A stretch of DNA of 64,000 nucleotides from Dehalococcoidia bacterium (GTDB lineage Bacteria; Chloroflexota; Dehalococcoidia; Lucifugimonadales; UBA3495): NCBI GenBank assembly GCA_965232895.1, contig OZ247430.1, forward strand, positions 3,601,343 to 3,665,342. Direction: 5' to 3'. This document shows, piece by piece, positions 47,232-58,218 of this stretch (position 1 is its first letter; each line of letters begins with the position of its first letter). The position numbers and the translations under genes were made by a program. Below the pieces are notes generated by a model, which saw only the letters and a list, made by a program, of their open reading frames with translations, was not told the origin of the DNA and searched no databases.

Positions 47232-47849
47232 TCATCCATGTCTGGCCAACATCGCCTGCAATCTGTCCCGCACTCCCGGCCATTCGCTATCGATGATCCC
47301 GTAGTAAACCGAATGTCGATTGACACCGTCGCGGGCTATCCGGTGGTTGCGCAGCACCCCTTCCCGAACGGCTCCGATACGTTCGATCGCGCGTCGCGAC
47401 CGCGTGTTGCGGTGGTCGGCTTTCAGGCACACACGCAGGGCGCCCAAGTCCTCGAATGCATGCCGCAACAGGAGGAACTTGCATTCGGTGTTGACCGCGG
47501 TGCGCTGGTAGGCTGCCCCGTACCAGGTCATGCCGATTTCCAGCGCCCGATTGGGTCGATCGATATCGAGATACCCGGTGGATCCGATCGCTCGGTCTTC
47601 AGCCTGGTCAACCACGGCGAACTGTACCCGTTCTTCACGGTCGTTTCGCGCGATGCACGATTCGATCCAGTCGCGGGCGTCATCCAGGCTTGCCAGGGCG
47701 GGCCTGGAAAGATAGCGCCAAATCTCTTCATCGGCTCCGACGCGGAACAGATCTGCGGCATGCTGCGGACCGATGGGTTCCAGGCGGACGTGTTTGCCAT
47801 GCAGGGTGATCGGTTGCGGGTTCATGGTGTTTCCTTGTTCGTGGGTCAA
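47232..47849 (-). CDS. GNAT family acetyltransferase
   Basis: LEIGMTW, VNTECK and NTRSRRAIERIGA motifs; start may be the internal MNPQP. Confidence 0.88.
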   Translation of the reverse strand: MTHEQGNTMNPQPITLHGKHVRLEPIGPQHAADLFRVGADEEIWRYLSRPALASLDDARDWIESCIARNDREERVQFAVVDQAEDRAIGSTGYLDIDRPNRALEIGMTWYGAAYQRTAVNTECKFLLLRHAFEDLGALRVCLKADHRNTRSRRAIERIGAVREGVLRNHRIARDGVNRHSVYYGIIDSEWPGVRDRLQAMLARHG

Positions 47850-47887
47850 TCAATCGGGGAGCGTCGTATGCGGACCAGCACTCAGTG

Positions 47888-49237
47888 TCAGTTGCTGTCT
47901 CCTCCGGATGGTGCGGGCGCAGGTGCATGCGCCTCGGTGCCGATCCATCGCCTGCGGGTGCTGGCCGGCGGACTGGGCCGCGTCGCGAACAGGAAAGCGG
48001 CCGCGCTCACCAGATACAACGGGGTAAACACGGCAAGTACCCAATAGTAGCTGCCAGTACGGTCAAATACCAACCCGGACACGTAGGGAGAAATAAACAT
48101 GCCCACGTTCATGAACAGGCTCATGAACCCCATCAAAGTGGCAAACCGTGCCCGTCCGTAATAGTCGGACAACATCAGCCAGTTGACCGAGGTAATGCCC
48201 TCGACAATCGCGATGCCGACCACAAACAGGAGGAGGCCGCTGAGCCCCGGGCCGATCCACAAGCCCCCCATTCCCACGGCGCCGATTACCATGCCGATGG
48301 CGAGAAGGACGTTGCCGCGGAACTTCCCCGACGTTACGCCCATGATGAACCGCAGCGGGATACCGAGGAAGAACATGGCCGCCACCCAGGCCGTCGCCTC
48401 GTTTTCTGATATGCCGCGCAGGGACATGATGGGAAACACGTGCACCAGCATGCCGTTGGTCACGGAAACGCGCAGGATCGCGCCCACCATGATCATCCAG
48501 TAGGTGCGGGTGCGAATGGCCTCGCGAAACGTAAAACTGGTATCGCCGGAAGCGCGACGGCCGCGTCCGGAGGCGTTGGATCCGCTGCCGGTTTCCTCCG
48601 GGACGTCGCCGTCCGGCAACAGGCCCATATCCTCCGGGCGACTGCGGATGAAAAACGCCGCGGGCAAAGTCATCGCGACGATAAAAATGCCGGTCCACAA
48701 CAGGGTGTCTCTCCACCCGATCTGCTGAATGCCCAGGTTCAGGAGGAGCACGACGAAAGCGCCGCCGCCGGCGAACGCCGTCATGAGTGTCGACATCGCC
48801 ACTGAGCGCCGTCGGATGAACCATTGATTGACGGCCGCCATCAGAGTCTGGCCAAACCCCGCGCTTTTGCCCAGCGAAACGATGCCCGAGAACAGGATGA
48901 GGAGTTCCCAATAATTGTCCGCGCGCGACAGGAGAATCGTGCCGATGCCGGCCATCAGCCCGCCCGCGAGGATCATGGGCCGGGCTCCATAGTGGTCAAC
49001 CGCCCAGCCCACGAGGGGACCACCGGCGCTGCCTTCAGCCCGCGCAAGGCTGAAGACTAATGACATCTGCGCGGAAGTTAGACCCAATTCGGTCCGGATC
49101 GGCACGAAGAATCTCGGGAACCCTTGGGATATAGACCCGTTCCCGAACATACCCAGTAGAGAGGAAACGACGACGACCCACCAGCCATAGAAGATGCGAG
49201 GTCGTCGTCGCTGATTTTCGTTTTCAGTATCTGTCAC
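47888..49237 (-). CDS. MFS transporter
   Basis: IFYGWWVV, GWAVDHYGAR; multiple TM segments. Confidence 0.88.
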   Translation of the reverse strand: MTDTENENQRRRPRIFYGWWVVVVSSLLGMFGNGSISQGFPRFFVPIRTELGLTSAQMSLVFSLARAEGSAGGPLVGWAVDHYGARPMILAGGLMAGIGTILLSRADNYWELLILFSGIVSLGKSAGFGQTLMAAVNQWFIRRRSVAMSTLMTAFAGGGAFVVLLLNLGIQQIGWRDTLLWTGIFIVAMTLPAAFFIRSRPEDMGLLPDGDVPEETGSGSNASGRGRRASGDTSFTFREAIRTRTYWMIMVGAILRVSVTNGMLVHVFPIMSLRGISENEATAWVAAMFFLGIPLRFIMGVTSGKFRGNVLLAIGMVIGAVGMGGLWIGPGLSGLLLFVVGIAIVEGITSVNWLMLSDYYGRARFATLMGFMSLFMNVGMFISPYVSGLVFDRTGSYYWVLAVFTPLYLVSAAAFLFATRPSPPASTRRRWIGTEAHAPAPAPSGGDSN

Positions 49238-49332
49238 GGCATTATCTTATGGGCAGGCACCTGCAATTCTATCGAGGAGTGCATGCGCAGACCGTTTCCG
49301 AGTATCGGAGTTCCACAATTATTCGCGTTCGC

Positions 49333-49686
49333 TCAGCTTTCGGGATGGAACCACGGTTGGGCTGCCGCTTCATCCGGCCACAGGAATTCGAAACCGGACC
49401 GCAACGCGTTCTGACGGTCCAGGTCCTCGCGGTCGCCGATATGGTAGTAGGCGTCCGCATTGAAGTCGGATTTGACACCTGCCAGCAGGTGTTTCGCGAC
49501 GGCGAAATCCACGTGGATATCGTATTCTTCCCACAAAGACCTCTGGCTGCTGGGTGGCCGGTCGGAGCAACTGCCGATGAGGAAACCCTTTTCCTGTACG
49601 ATCTTCACCATTTCCATGGTCAGCGGGCCCGGAGGATCTCCCACTTCCAGCGTGCCGTCGATGTCAAAACTGATGAGAATAGCCAT
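49333..49686 (-). CDS. Small HAD family hydrolase
   Basis: SFDIDGTL and HIGD motifs; GAGGAG RBS. Confidence 0.8.
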   Translation of the reverse strand: MAILISFDIDGTLEVGDPPGPLTMEMVKIVQEKGFLIGSCSDRPPSSQRSLWEEYDIHVDFAVAKHLLAGVKSDFNADAYYHIGDREDLDRQNALRSGFEFLWPDEAAAQPWFHPES

Positions 49687-49787
49687 TTGTCTCCTCTCGT
49701 GATTTGCCGGGCGCCTAAGCCCGAAAATTGGGCGACCCCGTAAGGTCGCCCCAAGCGACGATGTGGTCCGAGCCCGTGACCGGTGAA

Positions 49788-51125
49788 TTAATCCGGAGTG
49801 GCGCTCCAAACCGTGAAATTGCCACCCATGGGCATCGGGCCGCCGGAAACGGCTATTTCCGGCTTGACGCCAGTCAGGGCCCGAGCGCCGGCCCGTCCCT
49901 GGATTTGCTGCATGCAATCGGTGTGCATCCAGAAGCGGCTTCTTCCGCCGCCGATGTTGCCACCGCTGGCAAGGATTGGGTTCGGCCCCTCAATGCTGAT
50001 GTCCGTCTGGTAAAAGTCCAGCGCGTCGCCGGGTTGCATTCCGCGATATCGCAGTCCCTCGATATGGAACTGGTGGAACTGGGCGAACCCGTCGTACATG
50101 TTCTCGAAGGAAAGGTCTTCAGCCGTGATGCCCGCCCCTTCGTAGATCTTTCGGCCGGTGGCGGCGGTTTCTGCTTCCACTTCCTCCAGTGTCGGCGTAA
50201 TACTGCGCGCCGTACCACGACTGGAAGCGTGGTTCAGAATGTACACCGGCTTCTGCGCCATGTCCTGCGCGCGGTCCGCAGTGGTGAACAGATAGGCTGC
50301 CGCGACCATGATCGGAATGTCATTGTCGAAGAGATTGGCCGGCTTGGCGATCCACCGTGAGGACAGATAGTCCTCGGGCGTCAATTGTTCGGGGCGATGC
50401 TGCGCCCAATACCCTTCAGGGAACAGCAGGCCGTTGCGCCTCGAGTTCTGCATGAACGGCGCCATCATGTCGTGGTTCTTGCCGTACTTGGTGCAGTACT
50501 GCGCGAATTGCAGCGCGGTGCCAAAGCAGCCGGGCGCTCCCCACAGCGTGCGGCCCGGGTTGATCGCGAAACCGCCAGGCACCTCATCGGAGGCGCTGAT
50601 GCCTCCGTGGTTGTAGCGTCCTTCAAGGTTGTGCCAGCCCTTGAGAACCAGGCAATTGCTGGCCAGGCCGTCACCCACGGCCTGCGCGGCGACTACGATG
50701 GCAGCAGACATGCAACCCGGCGCGTACATGGTGAACTTGACGTTGGTCAACTCCGGCATGTTTTTGATGATCCATTCCGCGCTCAACTGTCCAATCCCAT
50801 CCAACGGGTCATCCGTGGGATTGAACGCGTTGACCACATCCATCGGCACCGGCTGGTGCTCCGGCCAGTAGGCTCCGGTTGTCGTCACCGGCACCAGCAC
50901 GAGGCCGTCGACCTCTTCCGGATTCACCCCGGCATCGGCAATGGCCTTACGCAAGGCCAGGATGCTCAGCGCACCTACCGACGTTTCGGGTTTCCCGTCC
51001 CAGCGGCGTGCGGTCGGGGAATGTCCGATGCCCACGGAGGCAACCTTGCCTCGATGTTCCCAAATCCCCAAACCTTCTGTGGAACGATACATTGACTCTG
51101 GAGCCATTTGGGTGGTCATTGCCAA
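49788..51125 (-). CDS. Thiolase-like (SCP2-thiolase type) protein
   Basis: MYDGF, GGNIGGG and QIQGRAGAR C-terminal thiolase motifs. Confidence 0.75.
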   Translation of the reverse strand: MAMTTQMAPESMYRSTEGLGIWEHRGKVASVGIGHSPTARRWDGKPETSVGALSILALRKAIADAGVNPEEVDGLVLVPVTTTGAYWPEHQPVPMDVVNAFNPTDDPLDGIGQLSAEWIIKNMPELTNVKFTMYAPGCMSAAIVVAAQAVGDGLASNCLVLKGWHNLEGRYNHGGISASDEVPGGFAINPGRTLWGAPGCFGTALQFAQYCTKYGKNHDMMAPFMQNSRRNGLLFPEGYWAQHRPEQLTPEDYLSSRWIAKPANLFDNDIPIMVAAAYLFTTADRAQDMAQKPVYILNHASSRGTARSITPTLEEVEAETAATGRKIYEGAGITAEDLSFENMYDGFAQFHQFHIEGLRYRGMQPGDALDFYQTDISIEGPNPILASGGNIGGGRSRFWMHTDCMQQIQGRAGARALTGVKPEIAVSGGPMPMGGNFTVWSATPD

Positions 51126-51204
51126 CTCCTTGCGTTTGTGATTTGGGTTCCAACGAGTGGGAGGATCCGATGGCGCGCCGCGCCGCCGGAAGGGGCTGTG
51201 ATTT

Positions 51205-51615
51205 TCAGCCGATCACCTGCCACTCCGGGACTTTTTGGCCGTTCGCGGTCGCCTCGAAAATCACCTGCACGGCGGCGCCGACCGGCACTTCATCGGCCGG
51301 GGTTCCCGGCAGATGCGAATACATGAGAATGCCAGGGTCCTCATCCAACATGACCGCAGCCAGATTGAATGGCAGGTCCTCTTTCAGGGTAGCGACCGGG
51401 CAGTCATAGACGACGCCATAGTTGTAGATCGTGCCCCTGCCGCTCATCTGCTTCCATTCCAAGTTGTCGCCGGACCCGCACCGGTCGCAGGCCACGCGTG
51501 GCGGGAAGTGCAACCGGTCGCACGCGGTGCAATTCTGGACAACCAGTCGCCCGTCATTGGCGGCTTCATAGAACGGCCTGGTCAGATCGTCGGGAACCAC
51601 ACCTTGCTTCACCAT
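51205..51615 (-). CDS. DUF35 Zn-ribbon/OB-fold protein (thiolase partner)
   Basis: CTAC...CDRC, SGRGTIY. Confidence 0.88.
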   Translation of the reverse strand: MVKQGVVPDDLTRPFYEAANDGRLVVQNCTACDRLHFPPRVACDRCGSGDNLEWKQMSGRGTIYNYGVVYDCPVATLKEDLPFNLAAVMLDEDPGILMYSHLPGTPADEVPVGAAVQVIFEATANGQKVPEWQVIG

Positions 51616-51691
51616 GTTTCTCCTCGCACTATGTTAAATTCCCGGCCTGATAGCCGGGAAAGCGCCTAGATTGGCAGTTTGCGCAAAGCAA

Positions 51692-51721
51692 AGAATATGC
51701 GGCAATCGAGGCCGATGTCAA
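51692..51721 (-). promoter_or_regulatory. Sigma70 promoter of the DUF35-thiolase operon
   Basis: TTGACA-18 nt-TATTCT on the minus strand. Confidence 0.55.
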
Positions 51722-51862
51722 GCAAAGAACGCGCGTCGAGATGGTGTCGCCGCCTATTGTGACCAAGGGCGCCGTTTCGGGTCGTTTGGCGGTATGCGTC
51801 CGCCGCAACCCGGACCAGCCGCCATTTCGGAGCCATCGACCTCGCGGATCTGCGCCCTCACG

Positions 51863-53707
51863 TCAGGGGCGGACCGTAGTGGTAACGAGGCCCGGGTTGG
51901 GAGGGATAGTGACGCCGGACGGGACGACAACCGCGAATTCCACCGGGAAACTGATCACGCCTCGCTCAGTTTTGGCGTCTGATGAAATTTCCAGCACCTG
52001 AGCATCCAAAGCGATTTCAGGCAGCGCCGCCACCTTAACTGATCCGGGCGTGCCAACTTTGATGCGTTCAACGTTGTTGGCTTCAACCAGGCCGCTGATG
52101 GAGATGTTGGTCGGGTCTACCAGCTGGATGACCCGAGCATCCACCGTAATGACGTCGCCCTCTTTCAAAGTGACCAGACGCACCATTCCCGAAAATGGCG
52201 CACGCAGGTAAGAGTGTTCCAAATCTTCCAGGATCTCATCATAGTCAGATTTGGCGTTGTCGAGATTGGCTTGAGCGAGAGCAACGGCGGCTGCGTCCGG
52301 GCCCGCAGCCAGTTCGTCCCTGGCCTCGCGGGCGGTGACAATTTGCTGGTTGAGATCTGCGAGAACGGCCTGGTCGATACCCTCTTCGAGACGAGCCAGC
52401 CTGGATTCGGCGGCCTCAAGCGCGAGACGCGCGCTGGCCGCCCCGGCTTCGAGACTTGCGAGTTGCAACTGGTCAATACCTCGCTCTATTTCGGCGAAGT
52501 CCCGCTCCGCTCGATCCAGGGTTTCCTGTGCAACCAGAACGTTAGCTTCGAGGCGGTCCAATTCAGTTTGGTCGGGGCCCACCAATTCTTCCCGCAATTG
52601 TCGGTTCAATCTCTCCAACTCGGACTCCAGCCGGGCAACCGTGGCCCGGGCTCCAGTGAAGTCCACTTCCTTGGGTCCCGCTTCCAGGTCGGTTAGCTCC
52701 GTTTCCCAAACATCGACGTCTCGCTTGGCGGATTCCACGGCAGCCTGCAGGGCTTCGAATTTGACAACGTCAAAATTCCTGCCGTCCTCCAAGCCAACGA
52801 ATTGCCCGTCAATCAACATTACATGAAACTCAGCGAATGCGTCCTCAGCGTTTTCGAGGAGGGATTCCGCTTCCGCCAATCGGACTCGGGCCATCGCCAT
52901 CCGCTGGGCGTGATCGACGTCGATGTCTCTCAGGTTATCCCGTGCCTGATCCAAATCATTTTCTGTTTTGGCAATGCTGGATTCGAGCGCCGCGATCGCT
53001 TCATTGCGGAGCGGCAGAAAATCGGTGACTGCATCCCGCGCGTCATTCAACTTCGCGCGCGCTTCAGAGCGTCGAGCCAACGCGGCAGCAAAGCTCTCCC
53101 CGTGCATGTCGGCAAAGTCCGATACTGCGTCTTCAGCCTGATCGAGAGAGAATTCGGCGTCGGCCACCGCTTTGCGCGCGGCGCCCAAGTCAACATCGTA
53201 TTGGAGGAGGTAGTCGTCCAGAGTGTCCCGCGAAATTTCCAACCTCAATTCAGCTTTGGCCAGATTGCCTTCCGCCCGGGCGCGAACCAGGGGGTCGGTT
53301 GATTCCAAGCCCAATACCCGGTCCAATTCTTCCTGGTTCTGGTCAATTTGGTAGAGGCTCTGCGATTCCGCGTACCGCAAATTTCTGATGGTCTCAGAGT
53401 CTATGGTTGCCAGGACGTCGCCCGCCGACACCAAGTCTCCCACGCTCACGTTCACGTCCCCGACCTCGCCGGAGATCTCAAACGCCAGATCCGCGCTTTC
53501 GCCGAAGACCAATTGGCTGGGCACGTCGAACTCTCGCGATTCCGCCTGGGCCGGCGGGCGCGCCGGCGCACTCCGGGTCGGCTCAACGGTCTCATTTGAG
53601 AACCGCCCGCAGGCAGACGCGATCAGAGCAATTGCTCCGAGCATCGCCAAAGACACCATCACCGGGCGATGAGGTGCGGACAGGGAACAAATTCTGCTAA
53701 AGCGCAA
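51863..53707 (-). CDS. Efflux RND periplasmic adaptor (HlyD-like) lipoprotein with a long coiled coil
   Basis: LIASAC lipobox-like; VSVGDLVSAGDVLA and LRAPFSG barrel-sandwich halves. Confidence 0.82.
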   Translation of the reverse strand: MRFSRICSLSAPHRPVMVSLAMLGAIALIASACGRFSNETVEPTRSAPARPPAQAESREFDVPSQLVFGESADLAFEISGEVGDVNVSVGDLVSAGDVLATIDSETIRNLRYAESQSLYQIDQNQEELDRVLGLESTDPLVRARAEGNLAKAELRLEISRDTLDDYLLQYDVDLGAARKAVADAEFSLDQAEDAVSDFADMHGESFAAALARRSEARAKLNDARDAVTDFLPLRNEAIAALESSIAKTENDLDQARDNLRDIDVDHAQRMAMARVRLAEAESLLENAEDAFAEFHVMLIDGQFVGLEDGRNFDVVKFEALQAAVESAKRDVDVWETELTDLEAGPKEVDFTGARATVARLESELERLNRQLREELVGPDQTELDRLEANVLVAQETLDRAERDFAEIERGIDQLQLASLEAGAASARLALEAAESRLARLEEGIDQAVLADLNQQIVTAREARDELAAGPDAAAVALAQANLDNAKSDYDEILEDLEHSYLRAPFSGMVRLVTLKEGDVITVDARVIQLVDPTNISISGLVEANNVERIKVGTPGSVKVAALPEIALDAQVLEISSDAKTERGVISFPVEFAVVVPSGVTIPPNPGLVTTTVRP

Positions 53708-53754
53708 GGAATCACCTCTGCTTGGGCGACGGTAGTTTGGCAGGAGCTCGCCAG

Positions 53755-56700
53755 CTAGGGCGCGTCCACCTGAGCTACCGATCGACGGGTGAGCCGACGA
53801 ACCGCCGCCGACCAGGCTCTCGGGATAGCATCGTGTAACAGCATGTAGGTGACGGGCACCGCCACCAGGGTCAGGAAGGTCGAACTGATCAATCCGCCGA
53901 TGACCACCGTGGCCAGCTCCGCTCCCACCAGTCCGCTGGTATCGCTGAACGCCAGCGGGAACAGGGCGAGTATAGTGGTGAACGCGGTCATCAAAATTGG
54001 GCGCAACCGCGTCCGGCCCGAAAGTATCATGGCATCGAGAGCGCCGAGGCCCTGCGACCTCAGTTGGGCTACAAAGGTGATCAGCACAATGGCATTGGTG
54101 ACCACGATTCCGATAAGGAACAGGAACCCCATCAGGGCCGGCAGGCTCAGGGCGCGGTCGGTGATCGTCAATGCGATCAACGCGCCCACCACGGCCAGCG
54201 GCATGCTGAGCACTACTATAAAGGGGTCGCGCAGGGAGCCCAGAGTAGCCACCATCACCAGGTACACCAGGGCGAGCCCAATCAGCATGGCCAGGTACAC
54301 ATTGTTGAACTGCTCCTGGATGTCGCTGGCGAACCCTCCCTGGCGGATCTCAACCCCGAGCGGCAGATCGGTGTTTGCGATGAGACGGTCGATCCGCGCG
54401 CTGATGGCTTGAGGGTCCTTTCCGAGGAACTCGCCGGTGATGGTCACGGATCGTTCGCCGTCGTAGTGAGTGACGACGGATGGCCCCAGGGTTGTCCTGG
54501 TGTCGGTTATTGCTCCGAGCGTGGTGGTTCCCAAGGGCCCGCCAATGGACAGGCCCTGCAATTCGAGAAGTTCGTCCACGCCGTCTGACGGTCCGCGGAC
54601 CACGACGTCGTAGGTTTCCCCCAACAGATTTACGTTGGCTGCGTCAACGCCGTACACCCAGGTTCGGACCTGGGCGGCCACCGCCGTCGCGGTCAGTCCG
54701 TAGCGTCTGGCTTCCGACGCGTCAACCTCAAAGGTCAATTCTTCGCTCTTGTCGCTCGAGTTGGTTTTGAGGTTGACTACGCCTTCCAGCGGTGCGATGC
54801 GATCCACCAGGCCCTGGGACACACGCCGTACGCGGCCATAGTTGCTACCCGTGACTGCAATCTCGATGCCCGCTTGTGGCGGCCCTCCCGAATCGACGAA
54901 CAATTGAATGTCGACATCGTCCTTCTTCGGCAAATCCGCTCTCAGCAGTTCATCCAAGTCCGGAGGCACGGATTCGGAAGGGACGATAAAGAACCCGGCA
55001 ACATCGTATCCCGACTCGCCCCGACTTGGCCCGAAGTTCTGGCTGGTTGCGCCCAGCGTAACTTGATACGAGGCGATGTGACCCTGAGCGGTGTATCGGT
55101 CCAGGACGGTTTCGATCTCCCGAACTTCACGGTGTATGGCGGCCGCTCCCGTGTTTTCCGGCATGGTGACGTCGATGCGCATGGATTGCGCTTCTCCGGA
55201 AGAAAACAACGTTATCGGCAGGACGAAAATCAGCGGCACCGTGGCTCCCACCGCAGCGATGCAACCCAGGACGGTCAGGAGTGGATGACGCAGAGCCCAG
55301 GTCAGGATTGGAGTGTAAACGCGCTGCAACCAGGTGTCTTGCGAAACCGAATCGTCTGTCTCCGCCATATCCCCCGGGCGCAGCAACAGCGAACCCAGCA
55401 CCGGAACCGCGGTGAACGCGATCAACGTGGAAGCCAGGAGGGACACACACACGGTTTGCGCGAAGGGCAGGAAAAACTCCCCGACGGTCCCCGGGATGAA
55501 GGCCAGCGGAAGGAACACCGCTACGGTGGTCAACGTCGAGGCCAGAATGGCAGGACCTACTTCACGAGTGCCGCGGATGGCCGCGGTCAGGGCCGGGTCG
55601 TCGCCCAACGGAGCCAGGCGATAGGCCGTGAATTCGGGGCCCTGCATGGGATATCGAGCCGCCCCGGCTCGAACGTGGCGGTAGATGTTCTCGAGGACTA
55701 CGATGCTGTCGTCAACGATTCTTCCCACGGCGATGGCCAGCCCGGCGAGGCTCATGAAATTGAGCGTCCAATCCATCACCGCCATGACCAGGATGGTGAT
55801 CATTACGCTCAATGGGATTGAAATCGCGATGATGACCGTGGGTCGGAGAGTGTGCAAAATCCCGCGAATTGCCGACGGGCGGAGTTGGAGCAGGAACACG
55901 AAAATCGCGACCACTGCGATCACGAAACCCAAACCGCCTTGACCCACCACGTTGACGAGCTGCTCTTCCAGCTCCGGGCCATCGTTGTAAAGGACATCGA
56001 TCTGCACGTCTGGAGGGAGTTCCAGGTCATCGATGATTCTCGCTAACTCCCGGGTGAGTTCGATGGTGTTGCCTTCAGGAAGGCGCAGGACTTGAAGAGA
56101 AATGCTGGGTTGGCGGTTGGTGCGCGAAACACTTTCCGCCTCCGCCGTGTCCACACGCACGCTTGCCACGTCAGTCAACATGATCGGCGTACCGCCATTC
56201 TCTGCTGCCGGCCCGCCGGGGCTGAACGCAGCGCGGCGGTAATCTACCGGGAGGTCACGAATGGAGTCGAGGTCACCGTAACCGCGATAGGTTCTCAAAC
56301 CGACGGAGCGGCCGCCGTCATCGAGCGAACCGGCGTTGAGGTCCACCGAGTTTCCGGATACTGCGTTGACGACATCCTGGATGGAGAGCCCATGCTCGTC
56401 GCTGCGGGCCGGATCGACGATCACAGAGACGCGCTCTTCAACTCCGCCTTCTACGATGACGTCGTACACGCCGTCGACCGCTTCCAGGCGCGGGAGAATT
56501 TCGTCATCCACGATGCGCTGCAGGGTCGGAATGTCCCGTTCCCCGCTGACGCTCAACCACATAATGGGGAAGATGTCGGACGTCAGCCGCAGGACAAACG
56601 GGTCCCCGGCCTCTTCGCGTAGCTGGAGCCCGCTGACTCGACTACGGATCTCTTCTTCCGCGGATTCGACGTCCGCTCCCGGCGCAAAATTGGCCGTGAC

Positions 56701-56973
56701 CAGTGACATGCCGGGTGTGGAGATTGAAGTCGTTTTATCCAGATCCGGAAATCCGGAAATCGCATCTTCCACCTTGTCGGTCACGTCAGTGGCGACGGTG
56801 TTTGGGTCGCCTTGCTGATAAGTCGTGACCACGTAAATGATCGAAAAGCTGATTTCGGGGAAGAGCTCCTGCTGGATCTGACTGTATGAAAATAGTCCGG
56901 CGCCCAGCAGCAGAACCATTGCCATGATGGTTACCGGCTTGCGTCGGAGAGCTAACGAAGTCAGGAAAGTCAA
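53755..56973 (-). CDS. Efflux RND transporter permease (AcrB family)
   Basis: GRIVDDSIVVLENI, GIVVTNAIVL and RLRPILMT motifs. Confidence 0.93.
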   Translation of the reverse strand: MTFLTSLALRRKPVTIMAMVLLLGAGLFSYSQIQQELFPEISFSIIYVVTTYQQGDPNTVATDVTDKVEDAISGFPDLDKTTSISTPGMSLVTANFAPGADVESAEEEIRSRVSGLQLREEAGDPFVLRLTSDIFPIMWLSVSGERDIPTLQRIVDDEILPRLEAVDGVYDVIVEGGVEERVSVIVDPARSDEHGLSIQDVVNAVSGNSVDLNAGSLDDGGRSVGLRTYRGYGDLDSIRDLPVDYRRAAFSPGGPAAENGGTPIMLTDVASVRVDTAEAESVSRTNRQPSISLQVLRLPEGNTIELTRELARIIDDLELPPDVQIDVLYNDGPELEEQLVNVVGQGGLGFVIAVVAIFVFLLQLRPSAIRGILHTLRPTVIIAISIPLSVMITILVMAVMDWTLNFMSLAGLAIAVGRIVDDSIVVLENIYRHVRAGAARYPMQGPEFTAYRLAPLGDDPALTAAIRGTREVGPAILASTLTTVAVFLPLAFIPGTVGEFFLPFAQTVCVSLLASTLIAFTAVPVLGSLLLRPGDMAETDDSVSQDTWLQRVYTPILTWALRHPLLTVLGCIAAVGATVPLIFVLPITLFSSGEAQSMRIDVTMPENTGAAAIHREVREIETVLDRYTAQGHIASYQVTLGATSQNFGPSRGESGYDVAGFFIVPSESVPPDLDELLRADLPKKDDVDIQLFVDSGGPPQAGIEIAVTGSNYGRVRRVSQGLVDRIAPLEGVVNLKTNSSDKSEELTFEVDASEARRYGLTATAVAAQVRTWVYGVDAANVNLLGETYDVVVRGPSDGVDELLELQGLSIGGPLGTTTLGAITDTRTTLGPSVVTHYDGERSVTITGEFLGKDPQAISARIDRLIANTDLPLGVEIRQGGFASDIQEQFNNVYLAMLIGLALVYLVMVATLGSLRDPFIVVLSMPLAVVGALIALTITDRALSLPALMGFLFLIGIVVTNAIVLITFVAQLRSQGLGALDAMILSGRTRLRPILMTAFTTILALFPLAFSDTSGLVGAELATVVIGGLISSTFLTLVAVPVTYMLLHDAIPRAWSAAVRRLTRRSVAQVDAP

Positions 56974-57161
56974 AATCGCTCCGCGAACGAACAGGTGAGA
57001 TCATGCGCCACCCCCTTCCGGGGTCGTACGTTCACCGCTTGATGTCGGCCTAGAATCATACCAGACGTGGGTCTATGCGGCGGTTGCCAATCGACCGGCG
57101 GCGTTGCCCGCGAGTCTGCGGGTGTGTACACTGCCGGAAGTTTTGCTTTGAGGTGCCCCAC

Positions 57162-58208
57162 ATGGATTTCGCCCTGTTTTCCCACATCCCCTGGCCAGAA
57201 GAGCATACGCCCAAGGCGCTCTTTTCGGATTTATTGGAGCAGGCCGTGGTCGGCGAGGAACTGGGTTTCAAGGCCATCTGGTTGGCGGAACACCATTTCA
57301 CGCGGTACGGGCTGGGCGCCTCCTCGCTGGTCATCGCCAGCAACATAGCGGCGCGAACCGACAAGATACGTCTTGGGACCGCGGTTCTGATACCTCCCCT
57401 GCATCACCCGGTTCGGTTGGCGGAAGACACGGCCACACTGGATATCCTGAGCGACGGCCGGCTCGACGTTGGCTTCGGGCGAGGGGCTTCCAGTTCGGAG
57501 TACGGCAACTTCGGCATCGATCACGTCGAGAGCCAGGCTCGCTACCGCGAGACCATTAAGATGGTGGAAACCCTGTGGACCACTCGGGACTGCACTTTCG
57601 AAGGAGACTATTACTCGTCCCAACACCTCAATCTGGTGCCGACTCCCTTGCAACAACCTCACCCGCCGGTTTACGTCGCAGCGACGCGCAGCGCGGAGTC
57701 GCTGGACTTCGTAGCTTCCACCGGGCGGCGGCTCATAATCGGCGTGGTTCTCAACACGGACGAGGCAATGGATTTGCTGCAACGCTTCCTGGACCAGGCT
57801 CAGTCCAGCGGGCACGCTGCTGATCCGTCAGACGTGCCTTTCTTCCGTTACTTTTACGTGGCCGAGACTGAAGAGCAGGCCCATCGCGACGCCCGTGAAG
57901 CCTTGAACTGGACGTTGGACATCAATACCTGGAGGCGCGAGTTTGCGGTCGGGAGCGAAGTGTACGAGAGCATCGACAACTACCGCAATCGCAGAACCGA
58001 ACTGCCGCCGTCGTACGAGTATCTCGCCGAGCATCGCGCTTTTATCGGTACGCCGGACCAATGCGCTGCGAAGATCCAAACCCTTCACGATGCCGGCGTT
58101 CGCTATTTCGGCTGCAATTTCGCCTTCGGCGGCCTGGACCAGAAAAAGCAACTGCGCTCGATGGAACTCTTTGCGCGGGAAGTGATGCCCCGGTTTGCCG
58201 ACCGGTGA
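57162..58208 (+). CDS. LLM class flavin-dependent oxidoreductase
   Basis: WLAEHHF, HPVRLAED and LSDGRLDVGFGRG motifs. Confidence 0.9.
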   Translation: MDFALFSHIPWPEEHTPKALFSDLLEQAVVGEELGFKAIWLAEHHFTRYGLGASSLVIASNIAARTDKIRLGTAVLIPPLHHPVRLAEDTATLDILSDGRLDVGFGRGASSSEYGNFGIDHVESQARYRETIKMVETLWTTRDCTFEGDYYSSQHLNLVPTPLQQPHPPVYVAATRSAESLDFVASTGRRLIIGVVLNTDEAMDLLQRFLDQAQSSGHAADPSDVPFFRYFYVAETEEQAHRDAREALNWTLDINTWRREFAVGSEVYESIDNYRNRRTELPPSYEYLAEHRAFIGTPDQCAAKIQTLHDAGVRYFGCNFAFGGLDQKKQLRSMELFAREVMPRFADR

Positions 58209-58218
58209 TCCGGTCCGG

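Noticed and set aside
51639-51660. Hairpin TTCCCGGC-N6-GCCGGGAA as a terminator
   Set aside because: It lies in the predicted 5' UTR and has only a short U run; function cannot be assigned.
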